Below are positions 40,577-51,509 of a stretch of 55,896 bases of DNA, one piece after another. Source of the DNA: Patescibacteria group bacterium UBA1370 (GTDB taxonomy: Bacteria > Patescibacteriota > Microgenomatia > UBA1400 > PJMF01); the NCBI GenBank assembly GCA_002306315.1, contig DBRK01000003.1, positions 14,587 to 70,482 of the forward strand. Direction: 5' to 3'. The translations under genes were made by a program, and so were the position numbers. The notes under the pieces were generated by a model. The model saw only the letters and a program-made list of their open reading frames with translations, was not told the DNA's origin and did not search any database. Position 1 is the stretch's first letter. Each line of letters begins with the position of its first letter.

Positions 40577-43141
40577 ATGGATATCAACAAACTCACCACC
40601 AAATCAGCCGAAGCGCTGCAGGGTGCCATGCAGCTAGCCGGCAAACTTTCACATACAGAGATAAAACCACTGCACTTGGCTCTGGTGCTGACCGAACAAG
40701 CCGGTGGGGTAGTGCCAACGGTTTTACAAAAACTCAAAAAAGATCCTGGAGCAGTCAGTGCCGAGCTGAAACAAAAGCTCACCGAGCTGGCGACCAGCAG
40801 CGGACCAACTCAGGCTTATCTTGCGCCGGAATTGAAACAAGTTTTTGACCATGCCGAGGAGGAAGCCGCCAAACTTCAGGATGAGTTTGTCAGCACTGAG
40901 CATTTGCTGCTGACCTTGCTGGATCAAAAAAATATTCAGAGTATTTTTGACATTTCCAAAAAAGAAGTGGCTGAAATTCTTAAAGAAGTCCGCGGCAGCC
41001 AAAGGGTAGTCGATCGCGATCCGGAGGGCAAGTATCAGGCGTTGGAAAAATTTACCATTGATTTTACCCAGCTAGCCCGTGAAGGCAAGATCGACCCGGT
41101 GATTGGTCGGGACGCTGAGATCCGCCGGGTCTTGCAGATTCTCTCCCGCCGCACCAAGAACAACCCGGTGTTGGTTGGTGAGCCAGGAGTGGGCAAGACC
41201 GCGATTGTCGAGGGTTTGGCTAAAAAAATTATCGACCAGGATGTACCTGATCTGTTGAAAAATAAACGGATCTTAGCGTTAGACATGGGCGCGCTGGTGG
41301 CCGGAGCCAAATACCGCGGTGAATTTGAGGACCGTTTGAAAGCGGTGATTAAAGAAATCGAGGACAGCGACGGCGAAATCATTCTTTTCATTGACGAACT
41401 GCACACCATTGTCGGGGCAGGAGCGGCGGAGGGTTCTACCGATGCCGGCAACCTGCTGAAGCCGGCTTTGGCGCGCGGCAGCCTGCGGACTATCGGCGCC
41501 ACCACGCTGCGCGAGTACCGCCAGCACGTGGAAAAAGACGCAGCTCTGGAACGCCGCTTCCAGCCAGTGATGGTTGAGGAACCGAGTGTTGAGGACGCCA
41601 TTTCCATCCTCCGCGGCATCAAAGACAAATATGAAGCGCACCACGGAGTCCGCATTCGTGATAACGCCCTGGTGGCGGCGGTGACGCTCTCGGACCGCTA
41701 CATTGCCGATCGGTTTTTGCCCGACAAAGCTATAGATTTGATGGATGAGGCTGCCTCCGGCATCAAAATCGAGATCGACAGCAAGCCGGCGGCTTTGGAT
41801 CAGCTGGAACGCCGCATCCGCCAGCTGGAAATTGAGAAGCAAGCGCTTAAGAAAGAAGAGGACGAGACTTCTAAAAAACGGCTCGAGGATCTGGAAAAAG
41901 AGTTAGCCGGCCTAAAGGAAGAGTATTCCGGTTTGGAGCTGCACTGGCAGAATGAGAAAAAAGTCATTGACGGCATTAAGGACTTAAATGTCAAACTTGA
42001 TGAACTCCGTGAGGAGGCTGCCCGGGCAGAACGCAACCTGGATCTGCAGCGGGTGGCAGAGATAAATTACGGCGAAATTCCGGAAGCTCAAAAGAAACTG
42101 GAATCACTGCAGACGGAACTGGAAAAAGTCCAAGCCGGCCAGCAAATTCTCAAGGAAGAAGTCACCGAGGAAGATATTGCTGCGGTCGTGGCGCGCTGGA
42201 CCGGGATTCCGGTGGAAAAGATGCTAGCTGGCGAAAGTGAAAAACTGGCCCAGATGGAAGAAATCCTGGCTCAACAAGTGGTCGGCCAACGCCAGGCTCT
42301 GCGCGCCGTGGCTAATGCCGTCCGCCGCAGCCGCGCCGGCATCAAAGGAGAAGGCCGGCCAATCGGCTCTTTCCTGTTCTTGGGTCCGACCGGAGTCGGT
42401 AAAACCGAGACGGCGCGGGCGCTGGCGGACTTTCTCTTCAATGATCCGCAAACCATGATCCGCCTGGACATGAGTGAATACATGGAGCGGCACGCAGTAG
42501 CCAGGCTGATTGGCTCACCACCCGGGTATGTGGGCTATGAAGAGGGCGGCCAGCTAACTGAGGCGGTTCGCCGCCATCCTTACAGTGTGGTTCTGTTAGA
42601 CGAAATTGAAAAAGCCCACCCTGAGGTGTTTAACATTCTTTTGCAAGTTTTGGATGATGGCCGATTGACTGACGGCAAAGGCAGAACCGTGGATTTTAAA
42701 AACACGGTCATCATCATGACCTCCAATCTCGGCAGCAACCGAATCATGGAGCTGCAAGACAATCGGACAGAACTGGAAAAGGAGATTCAACAGCTGCTGC
42801 GCCAACATTTTCGGCCAGAATTCCTAAATCGCTTGGATGATGTAATTATTTTCGACCCGCTGAGTCAGGAAAATATCCGCGAGATTGTAAAATTACAGCT
42901 CCGGGAAGTTGATAAACGCCTCGAACCGAATAATATCAATTTGAATATCACCGATGCCGCAGTAGATTTGCTGGCCAAGCAGGGATTTGACCCGGTGTTT
43001 GGAGCCCGCCCCCTGAAGCGGCTCATGCAGACGGCCATCCTTGACGAGTTGTCGATGTTGATTATCGAGGGCAAAGTCGGGGCGGGCGACACTGTCACCG
43101 CTGATGTCGAGAAAGATAAAATCGTCCTCAAGAAAGATTAG
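40577..43141 (+). CDS. clpB: ATP-dependent chaperone ClpB
   Basis: 854 aa with a Clp_N domain and two AAA+ modules ([15 protein letters not shown]; [15 protein letters not shown]). It has a long coiled-coil middle domain and the GARPLKR motif. Confidence 0.95.
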   Translation: MDINKLTTKSAEALQGAMQLAGKLSHTEIKPLHLALVLTEQAGGVVPTVLQKLKKDPGAVSAELKQKLTELATSSGPTQAYLAPELKQVFDHAEEEAAKLQDEFVSTEHLLLTLLDQKNIQSIFDISKKEVAEILKEVRGSQRVVDRDPEGKYQALEKFTIDFTQLAREGKIDPVIGRDAEIRRVLQILSRRTKNNPVLVGEPGVGKTAIVEGLAKKIIDQDVPDLLKNKRILALDMGALVAGAKYRGEFEDRLKAVIKEIEDSDGEIILFIDELHTIVGAGAAEGSTDAGNLLKPALARGSLRTIGATTLREYRQHVEKDAALERRFQPVMVEEPSVEDAISILRGIKDKYEAHHGVRIRDNALVAAVTLSDRYIADRFLPDKAIDLMDEAASGIKIEIDSKPAALDQLERRIRQLEIEKQALKKEEDETSKKRLEDLEKELAGLKEEYSGLELHWQNEKKVIDGIKDLNVKLDELREEAARAERNLDLQRVAEINYGEIPEAQKKLESLQTELEKVQAGQQILKEEVTEEDIAAVVARWTGIPVEKMLAGESEKLAQMEEILAQQVVGQRQALRAVANAVRRSRAGIKGEGRPIGSFLFLGPTGVGKTETARALADFLFNDPQTMIRLDMSEYMERHAVARLIGSPPGYVGYEEGGQLTEAVRRHPYSVVLLDEIEKAHPEVFNILLQVLDDGRLTDGKGRTVDFKNTVIIMTSNLGSNRIMELQDNRTELEKEIQQLLRQHFRPEFLNRLDDVIIFDPLSQENIREIVKLQLREVDKRLEPNNINLNITDAAVDLLAKQGFDPVFGARPLKRLMQTAILDELSMLIIEGKVGAGDTVTADVEKDKIVLKKD

Positions 43142-43229
43142 ATTTTGCCGGGGTTGGCAGGAAGTTTTTGTGTTACAATATTACCTCTCGCGGCTAACCC
43201 GCGCCAAGTTTGCTGAAGATACCAGCAAT

Positions 43230-43303
43230 GGGTGACTAGCTCAGTTGGTTAGAGCGCAGTCCTGATAAGACTGAGGTCAATGGTTCGAATCCATTGTCAC
43301 CCA
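43230..43303 (+). tRNA. tRNA-Ile (anticodon GAT)
   Basis: 74 nt: acceptor GGGTGAC/GTCACCC, anticodon stem CAGTC/GACTG, loop CT-GAT-AA, T-loop GGTTCGAATCC. Confidence 0.9.
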
Positions 43304-43393
43304 CCTCGATTGCCTCTTCGAGCACACTCATCACTTAACATTAGGAAACCCGCCACCTGCCTTCAGCCCACAATTTGATTATACCCTTGCGCT

Positions 43394-43420
43394 TTAGCAG
43401 TCAAACAGTTAGAATGCTAA
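43394..43420 (+). promoter_or_regulatory. near-consensus CIRCE element immediately upstream of lon
   Basis: TTAGCAGTC-N9-GAATGCTAA matches the CIRCE consensus at 16 of 18 positions with a 9-nt spacer. It ends 3 nt before the annotated lon ATG. Confidence 0.6.
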
Positions 43421-43423
43421 TTT

Positions 43424-46054
43424 ATGAAGGATGACGCCTCATCTAACACTGATTTGAACCAGGAAAAAATCAATGCAGCTGCCCGCGACCCCCAAGACAG
43501 CCGCGGCAAGCAGTTGGCCGAGACTATGCATAAACAAACCATTGGTGCTTTCACCCCTCAGGATCCAACCAGTAGCGGCAGCACGCCAAATGATGCGCCC
43601 AACCGACCGACACCTGAGCAAACAGAAGAGCTGTTAAGACTCCCGGCAATTCCCATTCGCGAAGGAGTGTTGTTTCCCAGCACCGAGTCGGTGCTGACCT
43701 TCGGCCGTAAGGTTTCCCTAAATGCCCTGAAAGCAGCCAATGGCGGCAAAAAACTAGTGGTCCTGGTTACCCAAAAGGACGCCAAAGTTGATTATCCAAC
43801 ACCGGAGGATCTCTACGAGGTTGGGACTTTGGCTATTATTGAAAAAACTCTCAAAACCGAGGACAGCGTCAATGCTTTAGTCAGGGGCATAGGCCGGGCA
43901 AGGATTGTTCAATATCTGGAAACCAGCCCAATGTTTACCGCCGAAGTGATGAAACTTCCCGACATCGAAACCGAAGATGAAGAAATGAAGGCAATGGTAG
44001 CACATTTGCAAAAAGAGTTCCGCAAAGCAGTGCACATGGGCAAGCCGGTGGAATTCTTAAACTTCATGAAATTGATGGGTGGAGTAACCCACGGCGAGCT
44101 GGTAGACCAGATTGCCAGCACTCTCAGCATCGAATCTGGCGACAAGCAGCATATTCTCGAGACAGTTTCCGTCAAAGAGCGGATGAAGTTAGTGATTAAA
44201 CACCTGGCTCACGAAATGAAGGTCTTGGAAATTGAGAAAGATGTTGTCCACAAAACGCAAGAAAAATTTGATAAAAGCATGCGTGAGAACATTCTCCGCG
44301 AACGCCTCAACACCATCAAACGCGAACTGGGCGAGCTGGATGATGAAGAGGAAGTAGTGGGCGAATACGAAAGACGCCTGAAAAAACTCCGGCTCGAGCC
44401 GGAAACAAAGAAAAAAATCGGCAAGGAAATTAAGCGGCTCCGCCAAATGTCGGTTAATAACCCGGAAGCAGGCTACATCCGCAGTTGGTTGGACACCATT
44501 TTCGAACTGCCTTGGAATGAGGAAAGTACCGCCGCTGTCGAGCTTACCAAAGCGGCAGAGGTCTTGGAAAAGAACCACTATGGTTTGGAGGAAGTCAAAG
44601 ACCGCGTTCTCGAATATATCGCGGTGATGCAGCTGCGCCAGCAACGAGCAAAATCTGGAGACGCTAAAACCGACAAAATTGGTCTGCCAACCATCCTCTG
44701 TTTCGTCGGGCCGCCGGGCGTAGGTAAAACCAGCATCGGCCGTTCCATTGCCGAAGCCATTGGCCGCCAATTCGTCAAGGTTTCCTTAGGCGGCATCAAG
44801 GATGAGGCTGAAATTCGCGGTCACCGGCGGACTTATGTGGGTGCCATGGCCGGCAAAATCATTTCCGGCATTAAAACTGCCGGCACTATCAATCCAGTGT
44901 TCATGCTCGACGAGGTTGATAAGATCGGCGGCGATTATAAAGGCGACCCATCGGCAGCCTTGCTGGAAGCCCTTGATCCGGAACAAAATAACCGCTTTGA
45001 AGACCATTACTTAGACGTGCCATTTGACCTGTCCAAAGTAATTTTCATTACTACCGCCAACCGGCTGGACACTATTCCACCGGCTTTGCGCGACCGTTTA
45101 GAAATCATCAACTACGCCGGCTACACCCAGGATGAAAAGTTTCATATAGCCAAACGGCATCTGCTGCCAAAGGTTCTGGAAGCCAACAGTCTCACCGAAG
45201 AACAGGTCAGTATTCCTGACGAAACCATTACCGCCATCATTGACCATTACACCAAAGAAGCTGGTGTCCGCAGTCTGGAACGCACTTTGAGCAAAATCAT
45301 GCGCAAGGTTGCTCGGGAACTGCTGGAGTCCGGCACTCAAAATCCCACCAAAAGAGGTAAGGCAAAAGCCAAATCCGATACTGACAAAGCTCAGGACCAG
45401 ACCATAGTTATCACCAGAGACAAACTGGAGGATTACCTGGGTCCGGAAAAATTTGATGTTGCCTTGGCAGAAGAGGCAGACGTCATCGGCCAAGCCACTG
45501 GTTTGGCATTCACCAGTGTCGGAGGCGATGTCCTCTTTATCGAAGTAGCCTTGACGCCAGGTAAAGGCGAAATCCGCCTCACCGGCACACTTGGAGATGT
45601 CATGAAGGAATCGGCGCAGGCTGCTCTGACTTATGTCAAATCCAACGCCAAGATTTTAGGTATTGATCAGGATCTGCTCAAAAAGACCGACGTCCACATC
45701 CACGTCCCCGAGGGCGCGGTGCCTAAGGACGGACCTTCAGCCGGTGTCACCATTACCACCGCTATTGTCTCGGCTTTCACCAATATTCCGGTCAAAAGAG
45801 ATGTAGCGATGACCGGCGAGGTAACATTGCGGGGTCGGGTGTTGCGGATTGGTGGGCTCAAGGAAAAGAGCATTGCCGCCCACCGGGCTGGCAGCAAAAC
45901 CGTCCTCATCCCCAAAGACAACATGCGCGACCTGATAAAGCTGCCTGACACGGTCAAAAAAGAAATCGTCTTTAAACCAGTCACTCATGTGTCCGAAGTG
46001 CTGATGGAAGCGCTGACCAAGCCCCCGGCCAGCTTCAAAAAACTCCAGAGCTAG
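43424..46054 (+). CDS. lon: Lon protease (endopeptidase La) with ~70-aa low-complexity N-terminal extension
   Basis: LON N-domain (LPAIPIREGVLFP), Walker A GPPGVGKTSIGRSIA, and catalytic PKDGPSAGVT...GGLKEK. The true start is uncertain because the CIRCE element abuts the first ATG. Confidence 0.93.
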   Translation: MKDDASSNTDLNQEKINAAARDPQDSRGKQLAETMHKQTIGAFTPQDPTSSGSTPNDAPNRPTPEQTEELLRLPAIPIREGVLFPSTESVLTFGRKVSLNALKAANGGKKLVVLVTQKDAKVDYPTPEDLYEVGTLAIIEKTLKTEDSVNALVRGIGRARIVQYLETSPMFTAEVMKLPDIETEDEEMKAMVAHLQKEFRKAVHMGKPVEFLNFMKLMGGVTHGELVDQIASTLSIESGDKQHILETVSVKERMKLVIKHLAHEMKVLEIEKDVVHKTQEKFDKSMRENILRERLNTIKRELGELDDEEEVVGEYERRLKKLRLEPETKKKIGKEIKRLRQMSVNNPEAGYIRSWLDTIFELPWNEESTAAVELTKAAEVLEKNHYGLEEVKDRVLEYIAVMQLRQQRAKSGDAKTDKIGLPTILCFVGPPGVGKTSIGRSIAEAIGRQFVKVSLGGIKDEAEIRGHRRTYVGAMAGKIISGIKTAGTINPVFMLDEVDKIGGDYKGDPSAALLEALDPEQNNRFEDHYLDVPFDLSKVIFITTANRLDTIPPALRDRLEIINYAGYTQDEKFHIAKRHLLPKVLEANSLTEEQVSIPDETITAIIDHYTKEAGVRSLERTLSKIMRKVARELLESGTQNPTKRGKAKAKSDTDKAQDQTIVITRDKLEDYLGPEKFDVALAEEADVIGQATGLAFTSVGGDVLFIEVALTPGKGEIRLTGTLGDVMKESAQAALTYVKSNAKILGIDQDLLKKTDVHIHVPEGAVPKDGPSAGVTITTAIVSAFTNIPVKRDVAMTGEVTLRGRVLRIGGLKEKSIAAHRAGSKTVLIPKDNMRDLIKLPDTVKKEIVFKPVTHVSEVLMEALTKPPASFKKLQS

Positions 46055-46084
46055 GCTGAGTCCTAGGCGTGGTAAACTACTGGT

Positions 46085-47011
46085 ATGAGGAAAAGCCTCC
46101 TGTTTGTTGTTCTCCTCGGCGCGGTTATGTTGGCGGGTTGTAATCCTTTGCAGAAAAAACAAAAAGCCGGCCTGCAAATTGAGACCAACAACATTACCAG
46201 CACTGTCTTCATCAATGATACTTATCTGGAAAAAACACCACTCAAACAGCTGGGGTTGCAGCCAGGCACCTATCAGCTAACAATCCAGCCGGATGATCCC
46301 AAATACGTTGCCCACCAGACCACCATCACCTTGCGCGGCGGCACCCTGACCGCCGTAGCTTGGAAACCGGGAACCAGAGCTGAACTGAGTGGGGGAGTAA
46401 TCTACGAATTAGAACCAATCAAGGACAAAAAATCAGCTGAGGTTTCCATTGTCACCATTCCAGATGAGGCAATAGTTTCGCTGGATGGCGGGCAAAAAGA
46501 GTTTGCTCCGATGATTTTTACCAATCTCAATCCGGGAAAACACACCTTGATGTTAGTCCTGCCGTCTTATCAATCTCAGGAACTTAATATTGACGCCCTT
46601 GCTGGCTACCGGACGCTAGTGACTGCCAAACTCGCTAAAGAGGACCCATCAGCAGCTTCCGGAGAAAGCCTTACTACCGGCAACAATCAAAACTCAGCCA
46701 CAGAGAGCGCCGAGGCCTCACCGGAAACCGAGACCGCGACTTCTTCTGCCAGAACCAGAGCTTTAACCGGCACCCAGAGCCAGGAAATTCCTTTACCCAG
46801 AATTACAATTAAATCCACCAACTTCTTCCAAGCTGGAGAAGAAGTCCTCAGAGTCCGCGATCAAGCCGGAGCCCAAGGAAAAGAACTTGGCTTCGCTCCG
46901 GTCGGCAACAGTTATGCCTACTTTGGACAAACACTGAGTGGCTGGCATAAAATTTCCTTTAATGGCCAAGAAGGTTGGGTGAGCAGCCAATTTACCATCC
47001 TCGAGGAGTAA
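46085..47011 (+). CDS. lipoprotein with PEGA-like repeats and C-terminal SH3b-like domain
   Basis: Lipobox VMLAGC, PEGA-like segments (VFINDTYLEKTP; SLDGGQKEFAP) and a C-terminal GWHKISFNGQEGWVSSQF. Confidence 0.55.
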   Translation: MRKSLLFVVLLGAVMLAGCNPLQKKQKAGLQIETNNITSTVFINDTYLEKTPLKQLGLQPGTYQLTIQPDDPKYVAHQTTITLRGGTLTAVAWKPGTRAELSGGVIYELEPIKDKKSAEVSIVTIPDEAIVSLDGGQKEFAPMIFTNLNPGKHTLMLVLPSYQSQELNIDALAGYRTLVTAKLAKEDPSAASGESLTTGNNQNSATESAEASPETETATSSARTRALTGTQSQEIPLPRITIKSTNFFQAGEEVLRVRDQAGAQGKELGFAPVGNSYAYFGQTLSGWHKISFNGQEGWVSSQFTILEE

Positions 47012-47023
47012 TCAATTCTGCCT

Positions 47024-48751
47024 ATGAAAAAACGGACATCGCCCAGCAATTGTTATGCCCGTTTTAGGCAAACTTTAAAATTGTCAATCAGGTGGCTGCG
47101 ACAAAACAAATTGGCTACAGCGATCTTGGCAGGGTGGAGCAGCTTCTTTATCTATCTCTGGTTGACAGTTTTAAAGATTGTCCCTGACGGTCATATGGTA
47201 GCCTTTCAAGACAAACTTTGGGGAGACTGGAGTCTGCACTTTCTGCTTGGCACTGCTTTTGCTGAGCGGGGTTGGCAAGTGCTGCAACACAGTCCGCTGC
47301 TGATTACCGAACCGCTCCGGTATCCGTTTGTGGCTGATTTTCTCTCCGGAGGCTTGATGAAACTTGGAATGGGTATGCTGCCTGCTTTTGTCTTGCCCAG
47401 CTTAATTTTTTCTTTAGCCGCTGTCTTTGCGCTTTTCATCTTTCAGCAGAAAATCTTCCGTTCTAGTAAAGTTGCGGCAGTTGCAGTTTGCTTCTTTTTC
47501 CTGGCTGGGGGAACAGGACTGCTGCAATTGATTCAGGAAAATATACAAACTGGTAATCTGGGGTTGGTAATCAGTAAACAACTCAGTCCTGCCACAGATA
47601 ACTTCAAGAAAAATATCGTCTGGATAGCACCGGTGAACAGTATGATTTTACCGCAGCGGGCGCTGACCATGGGTTTGCCGATAACGCTTGGTTTGTTGAT
47701 TTATTTTTACCGAGGCTTGCTCGATCAATGGACTGACAAAGGAAGTCAGAAGCGGCGGCGGCTCCTTGACCTAGCCGCAGCGGTTGCACTCGGCGTTTTA
47801 CCGATCATCCACACTCATTCTGCCATCGCCGCCGCCTTGATAATTTCATGCTGGTACCTGCTGGCAGTTTTTCAGAAAAGAAATATGGCTTTTGCCAGAT
47901 ATTGGGCAGCAATTGGGGTGGTTTCCCTGGTAACCGGCTTGGCTGTGACTAAGTCACTAATCAGCGGAGAACATCTCAATGGTTTTCTTGGCTGGCAACC
48001 CGGCTGGATGGCCGGACCATCCCTGATTTATTGGTTGATATTCTGGCTGCAAAATTTGGGAGTAGTGCTGCCAATGGCAATTGTCGGCTGGTGGTTGTTT
48101 CATCAAACATACCCCAAGCGGTCTGTTGTTTTCTTGCCTTTCGTGATAATTTTTGTACTAGCAAACCTAATCCGTTTCCAAGCTTGGGAGTGGGACAATA
48201 CCAAACTGCTACTCTGGTCGCTGGTTGCTGCCGCTGGTCTGGCAGCCTACAGCCTGCGAGCGCTTTGGAGACATTCGTCTTTAGGCAAAATTCTCGCTAT
48301 TCTGCTATTTCTCATAGCCACCACATCATCAGGTTATGACACCCTGAGGACACTCAGGGTAAATAGGGCTGGCTTCACTATGTATTCCGCTGACCAGCTT
48401 GAAGCTGCCGAGCGAATCCGCCGGCAGACACCTGCTGACAGTGTTTGGCTGACCCACGATTATCATCATCACTGGCTAATCACGTTGACGGGACGGCAGG
48501 CAGTCATGGCTTATAGCGGCTGGCTTTGGTCGCACGGTTACGATTATGCGGAAACCCAAACAGACATCGCTCAGATTTACTCAAACCCGGTGGACTCCCA
48601 ACACCTACTCAATAAATATGGTGTCACCCATATTCTAGTTGGACCTGAGGAAAGAGGGAATTTTGGAGTCAACGACCAGGATTTTGCAGCCAATTTCCCC
48701 CTATTGTTGGAGGGTCCGCACTATAAGGTTTTCCTGGCAACGGAAAAATAG
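47024..48751 (+). CDS. large polytopic membrane protein, possibly GT-C-type glycosyltransferase
   Basis: 575 aa with more than 10 hydrophobic helices and a soluble C-terminal domain. The family is not confidently recognised. Confidence 0.35.
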   Translation: MKKRTSPSNCYARFRQTLKLSIRWLRQNKLATAILAGWSSFFIYLWLTVLKIVPDGHMVAFQDKLWGDWSLHFLLGTAFAERGWQVLQHSPLLITEPLRYPFVADFLSGGLMKLGMGMLPAFVLPSLIFSLAAVFALFIFQQKIFRSSKVAAVAVCFFFLAGGTGLLQLIQENIQTGNLGLVISKQLSPATDNFKKNIVWIAPVNSMILPQRALTMGLPITLGLLIYFYRGLLDQWTDKGSQKRRRLLDLAAAVALGVLPIIHTHSAIAAALIISCWYLLAVFQKRNMAFARYWAAIGVVSLVTGLAVTKSLISGEHLNGFLGWQPGWMAGPSLIYWLIFWLQNLGVVLPMAIVGWWLFHQTYPKRSVVFLPFVIIFVLANLIRFQAWEWDNTKLLLWSLVAAAGLAAYSLRALWRHSSLGKILAILLFLIATTSSGYDTLRTLRVNRAGFTMYSADQLEAAERIRRQTPADSVWLTHDYHHHWLITLTGRQAVMAYSGWLWSHGYDYAETQTDIAQIYSNPVDSQHLLNKYGVTHILVGPEERGNFGVNDQDFAANFPLLLEGPHYKVFLATEK

Positions 48752-48761
48752 TTGATGCTGA

Positions 48762-49442
48762 TTACTTCACAGCCTGAACCAGTTTGACGAATTGTTCAGG
48801 TTTTAAGGAGGCGGTGGCTACTAGGGCGCCATCGGTCACCAACATATATTCGCCAATGTTTTCCTCAGTGACGCTGCCGCCGTAAAGCATCCTAATGTCG
48901 TCGCCAAAAGCGTCGCGGACTCTCTTTGACACCCGGCGAACCCGGCCGATATCTTCATTTAAGCCGGTGCCGATCGCTCCGGCAGGTTCGTAAGCAATAA
49001 TACATTGCTCCAGATATTCCTCGTCTATCACCGCCGCCTGCTCGTAAACAAAATCATGATCGACACAAACCACTGGGGTGATGCCGTGCTCAATGGCTTG
49101 AGTGACTTTACGGGCAACATCAGCATGGGTTTCATGGAAATATAGCCGGCGTTCGGAGTGGCCGACAATTGCGTATTTCACCGATAAACCAGACAAGTTA
49201 TATGCAGAAACTGCGCCGGTGTAACTGCCGGCTTCAAAAGGGCTGATATCTTGGACGGCAATTTCGATTCCAGCTTCCTCTGCTTTTTCCGCCACTGCCG
49301 GCAATAGCGGGTAGGGGGGAGCAACTACAACTTGTACGCCCTCTTCAAAACTGTCACGCTCAGCCTTGATAATGTCCAACCAGATACCGGCTTCCTTGAT
49401 GTTTTTTTGAGATTTCCAGTTGGCAATGATTAGTTTTGACAT
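48762..49442 (-). CDS. tpiA: triosephosphate isomerase (short form)
   Basis: IIANWKSQ, IVGHSERR, IIAYEPAGAIGTG and LYGGSV motifs. Confidence 0.9.
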   Translation of the reverse strand: MSKLIIANWKSQKNIKEAGIWLDIIKAERDSFEEGVQVVVAPPYPLLPAVAEKAEEAGIEIAVQDISPFEAGSYTGAVSAYNLSGLSVKYAIVGHSERRLYFHETHADVARKVTQAIEHGITPVVCVDHDFVYEQAAVIDEEYLEQCIIAYEPAGAIGTGLNEDIGRVRRVSKRVRDAFGDDIRMLYGGSVTEENIGEYMLVTDGALVATASLKPEQFVKLVQAVK

Positions 49443-49493
49443 AGTTAACGTACTATATCATTTTCAATTAATGGTGTGCTAGTATGGGTTGCG

Positions 49494-51455
49494 ATGAAAG
49501 CGGTATTGGAAAAGCTCAATCCCCAACAGCAAGAGGCAGTCCTCCATGAGGGCGGCGCTGCCATGGTCTTGGCTGGTGCGGGTTCCGGCAAAACCACTGT
49601 CCTCACCACCCGGGCAGCTTGGCTGCTGGCTGAAAAGAAAGTAGCCCCTAACTCGCTGATGGTAGTTACTTTTACCAACAAAGCCGCTGGCGAAATCCGC
49701 AACCGCATCCAACTCCTCACCGGCAACTCCCTGCCGTTTTCCGGCACTTTCCACAGTCTCTGCGTGCGGATTCTCCGCCGCCATGGCCACTACATCGGCT
49801 TGGATCCCAACTTTGTCATTTATGACACTGATGACCAGAAGCAAGTAATTAAGGAAATTTATAAGGCGCGCGGGCTCGAAAACAGCATGTTCGGCATGCA
49901 AGCGGTGCGCAGCACTATTTCCAACGCCAAAAACGAGATCATCGGCCCGCGCGCTTACCAAGAAATGGCCAAAGGCCAGTTCCAAACTCATGTCGGTCAG
50001 GTTTATCAATGGTATCAAGAGGAATTGCGTAAAGCCCAAGCCGTCGATTTTGACGATCTACTGCTCAAGACACTAGAGCTACTGCAACACGTTCCCCAAG
50101 CACGAGATGGTTATCAAGAACTGATTGCTCACGTTTTGGTGGATGAGTACCAGGACACCAACAAAGTCCAGTACGAGCTGACAAAAATTTTCACCAGTCC
50201 CGGTGAAAACGTTTATGTCGTTGGTGATTTTAGTCAGAGCATTTACGCCTGGAGAGGAGCCGATTACCGCAACATGCTCCAGCTCAAGCAAGACTTCAAA
50301 AACATCACCGAATACCGCTTAGAACAAAACTACCGCTCCAACCAAAATATTCTCGACGCCGCCACTGAAATTATTTCCCAAAATACCAAACATCCTATTC
50401 TAAAACTTTGGACCAACCAAAAAACCGGTAACAAAATCACCATCTATCAGGCCGAAAGCAGCCGTGACGAAGCCAGGCAAGTAGTCAAATATATCCGTCA
50501 GGAACACCGCCAGCATCCATATTCGGAGATGGCGATTCTTTACCGGACAAATGCCCAATCACGCGAATTTGAAGAAGCCTTCATTCATGCCGGCATCCCT
50601 TACCGGCTGGTTGGCGGCACAAAATTTTACGAACGCAAAGAAGTCAAGGATGTCATCTCTTATCTGCGCTACTTCACCAACCCGCAAGACACAATCAGCC
50701 TGGAACGCATCCAAAAACTTGGTAAAAGGCGGTTAGCCAAATTCCAAGAATGGACGGCTAAATGGCCAGAGCAAACCAATGCTGCCAATAATCAAACCAC
50801 TGACAGCAATCCCGCCAGCATCCTTAAAACCATCTTAGATGTCACCGGTTACCTGGATAAATACAACCACAAAACCGAAGACGATCTGAGCCGGATCGAA
50901 AATATTCACGAGTTGGTCAACGTAGCCGCTCAGTTCGATTCAGTCCGGCAGCTTTTGGAGAATATTGCTTTACTGCAAGACGATCATTTCGTCGATGTAG
51001 AAGCCAAAAACAATCAGGACGCAGTCAATATGATGAGTTTGCACTCTGCAAAGGGATTGGAATTTGCGGTCGTTTTCATGGTAGGCATGGAAGACGGCTT
51101 GCTGCCGCATAGCCGATCTATGCTTGATCCTTACCAAATGGAAGAAGAGAGGCGGCTGTGCTATGTCGGGATCACTCGGGCTAAAAGCCAGCTCTATCTG
51201 TCTTATGCCCGGTCCAGATTTCAATACGGCAGTCGCAGCTATAGTTTGCGCTCCCGTTTTCTTGGCGACATCCCTGAAGATCTGGTGGTGGTAGAAGGCG
51301 GATTCGCAGAACTGCCAGAACTAGGACTTGGCATGGGCGGACCGGTTTTTGGCAAACCCTCCGCCGGTGAAAGACGGATTGTACCGGTGGACGAAGATCT
51401 GGCCGAAGGAGTTTTGAGCGGTGATTTTGACATCGACTCCTTCATCGATAGCTAG
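49494..51455 (+). CDS. uvrD: UvrD/PcrA/Rep-family ATP-dependent DNA helicase
   Basis: I prefer ATG 49494. LNPQQQEAV, AGAGSGKTTVLT, TFTNKAAGE, VDEYQDTN, NYRSN, MSLHSAKGLEF and YVGITRAK motifs. Confidence 0.9.
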   Translation: MKAVLEKLNPQQQEAVLHEGGAAMVLAGAGSGKTTVLTTRAAWLLAEKKVAPNSLMVVTFTNKAAGEIRNRIQLLTGNSLPFSGTFHSLCVRILRRHGHYIGLDPNFVIYDTDDQKQVIKEIYKARGLENSMFGMQAVRSTISNAKNEIIGPRAYQEMAKGQFQTHVGQVYQWYQEELRKAQAVDFDDLLLKTLELLQHVPQARDGYQELIAHVLVDEYQDTNKVQYELTKIFTSPGENVYVVGDFSQSIYAWRGADYRNMLQLKQDFKNITEYRLEQNYRSNQNILDAATEIISQNTKHPILKLWTNQKTGNKITIYQAESSRDEARQVVKYIRQEHRQHPYSEMAILYRTNAQSREFEEAFIHAGIPYRLVGGTKFYERKEVKDVISYLRYFTNPQDTISLERIQKLGKRRLAKFQEWTAKWPEQTNAANNQTTDSNPASILKTILDVTGYLDKYNHKTEDDLSRIENIHELVNVAAQFDSVRQLLENIALLQDDHFVDVEAKNNQDAVNMMSLHSAKGLEFAVVFMVGMEDGLLPHSRSMLDPYQMEEERRLCYVGITRAKSQLYLSYARSRFQYGSRSYSLRSRFLGDIPEDLVVVEGGFAELPELGLGMGGPVFGKPSAGERRIVPVDEDLAEGVLSGDFDIDSFIDS

Positions 51456-51509
51456 TCAAGATGCCTGATTGGCATCACTGGGCTTTTTACCTTATAATAG
51501 AAACCCAGT

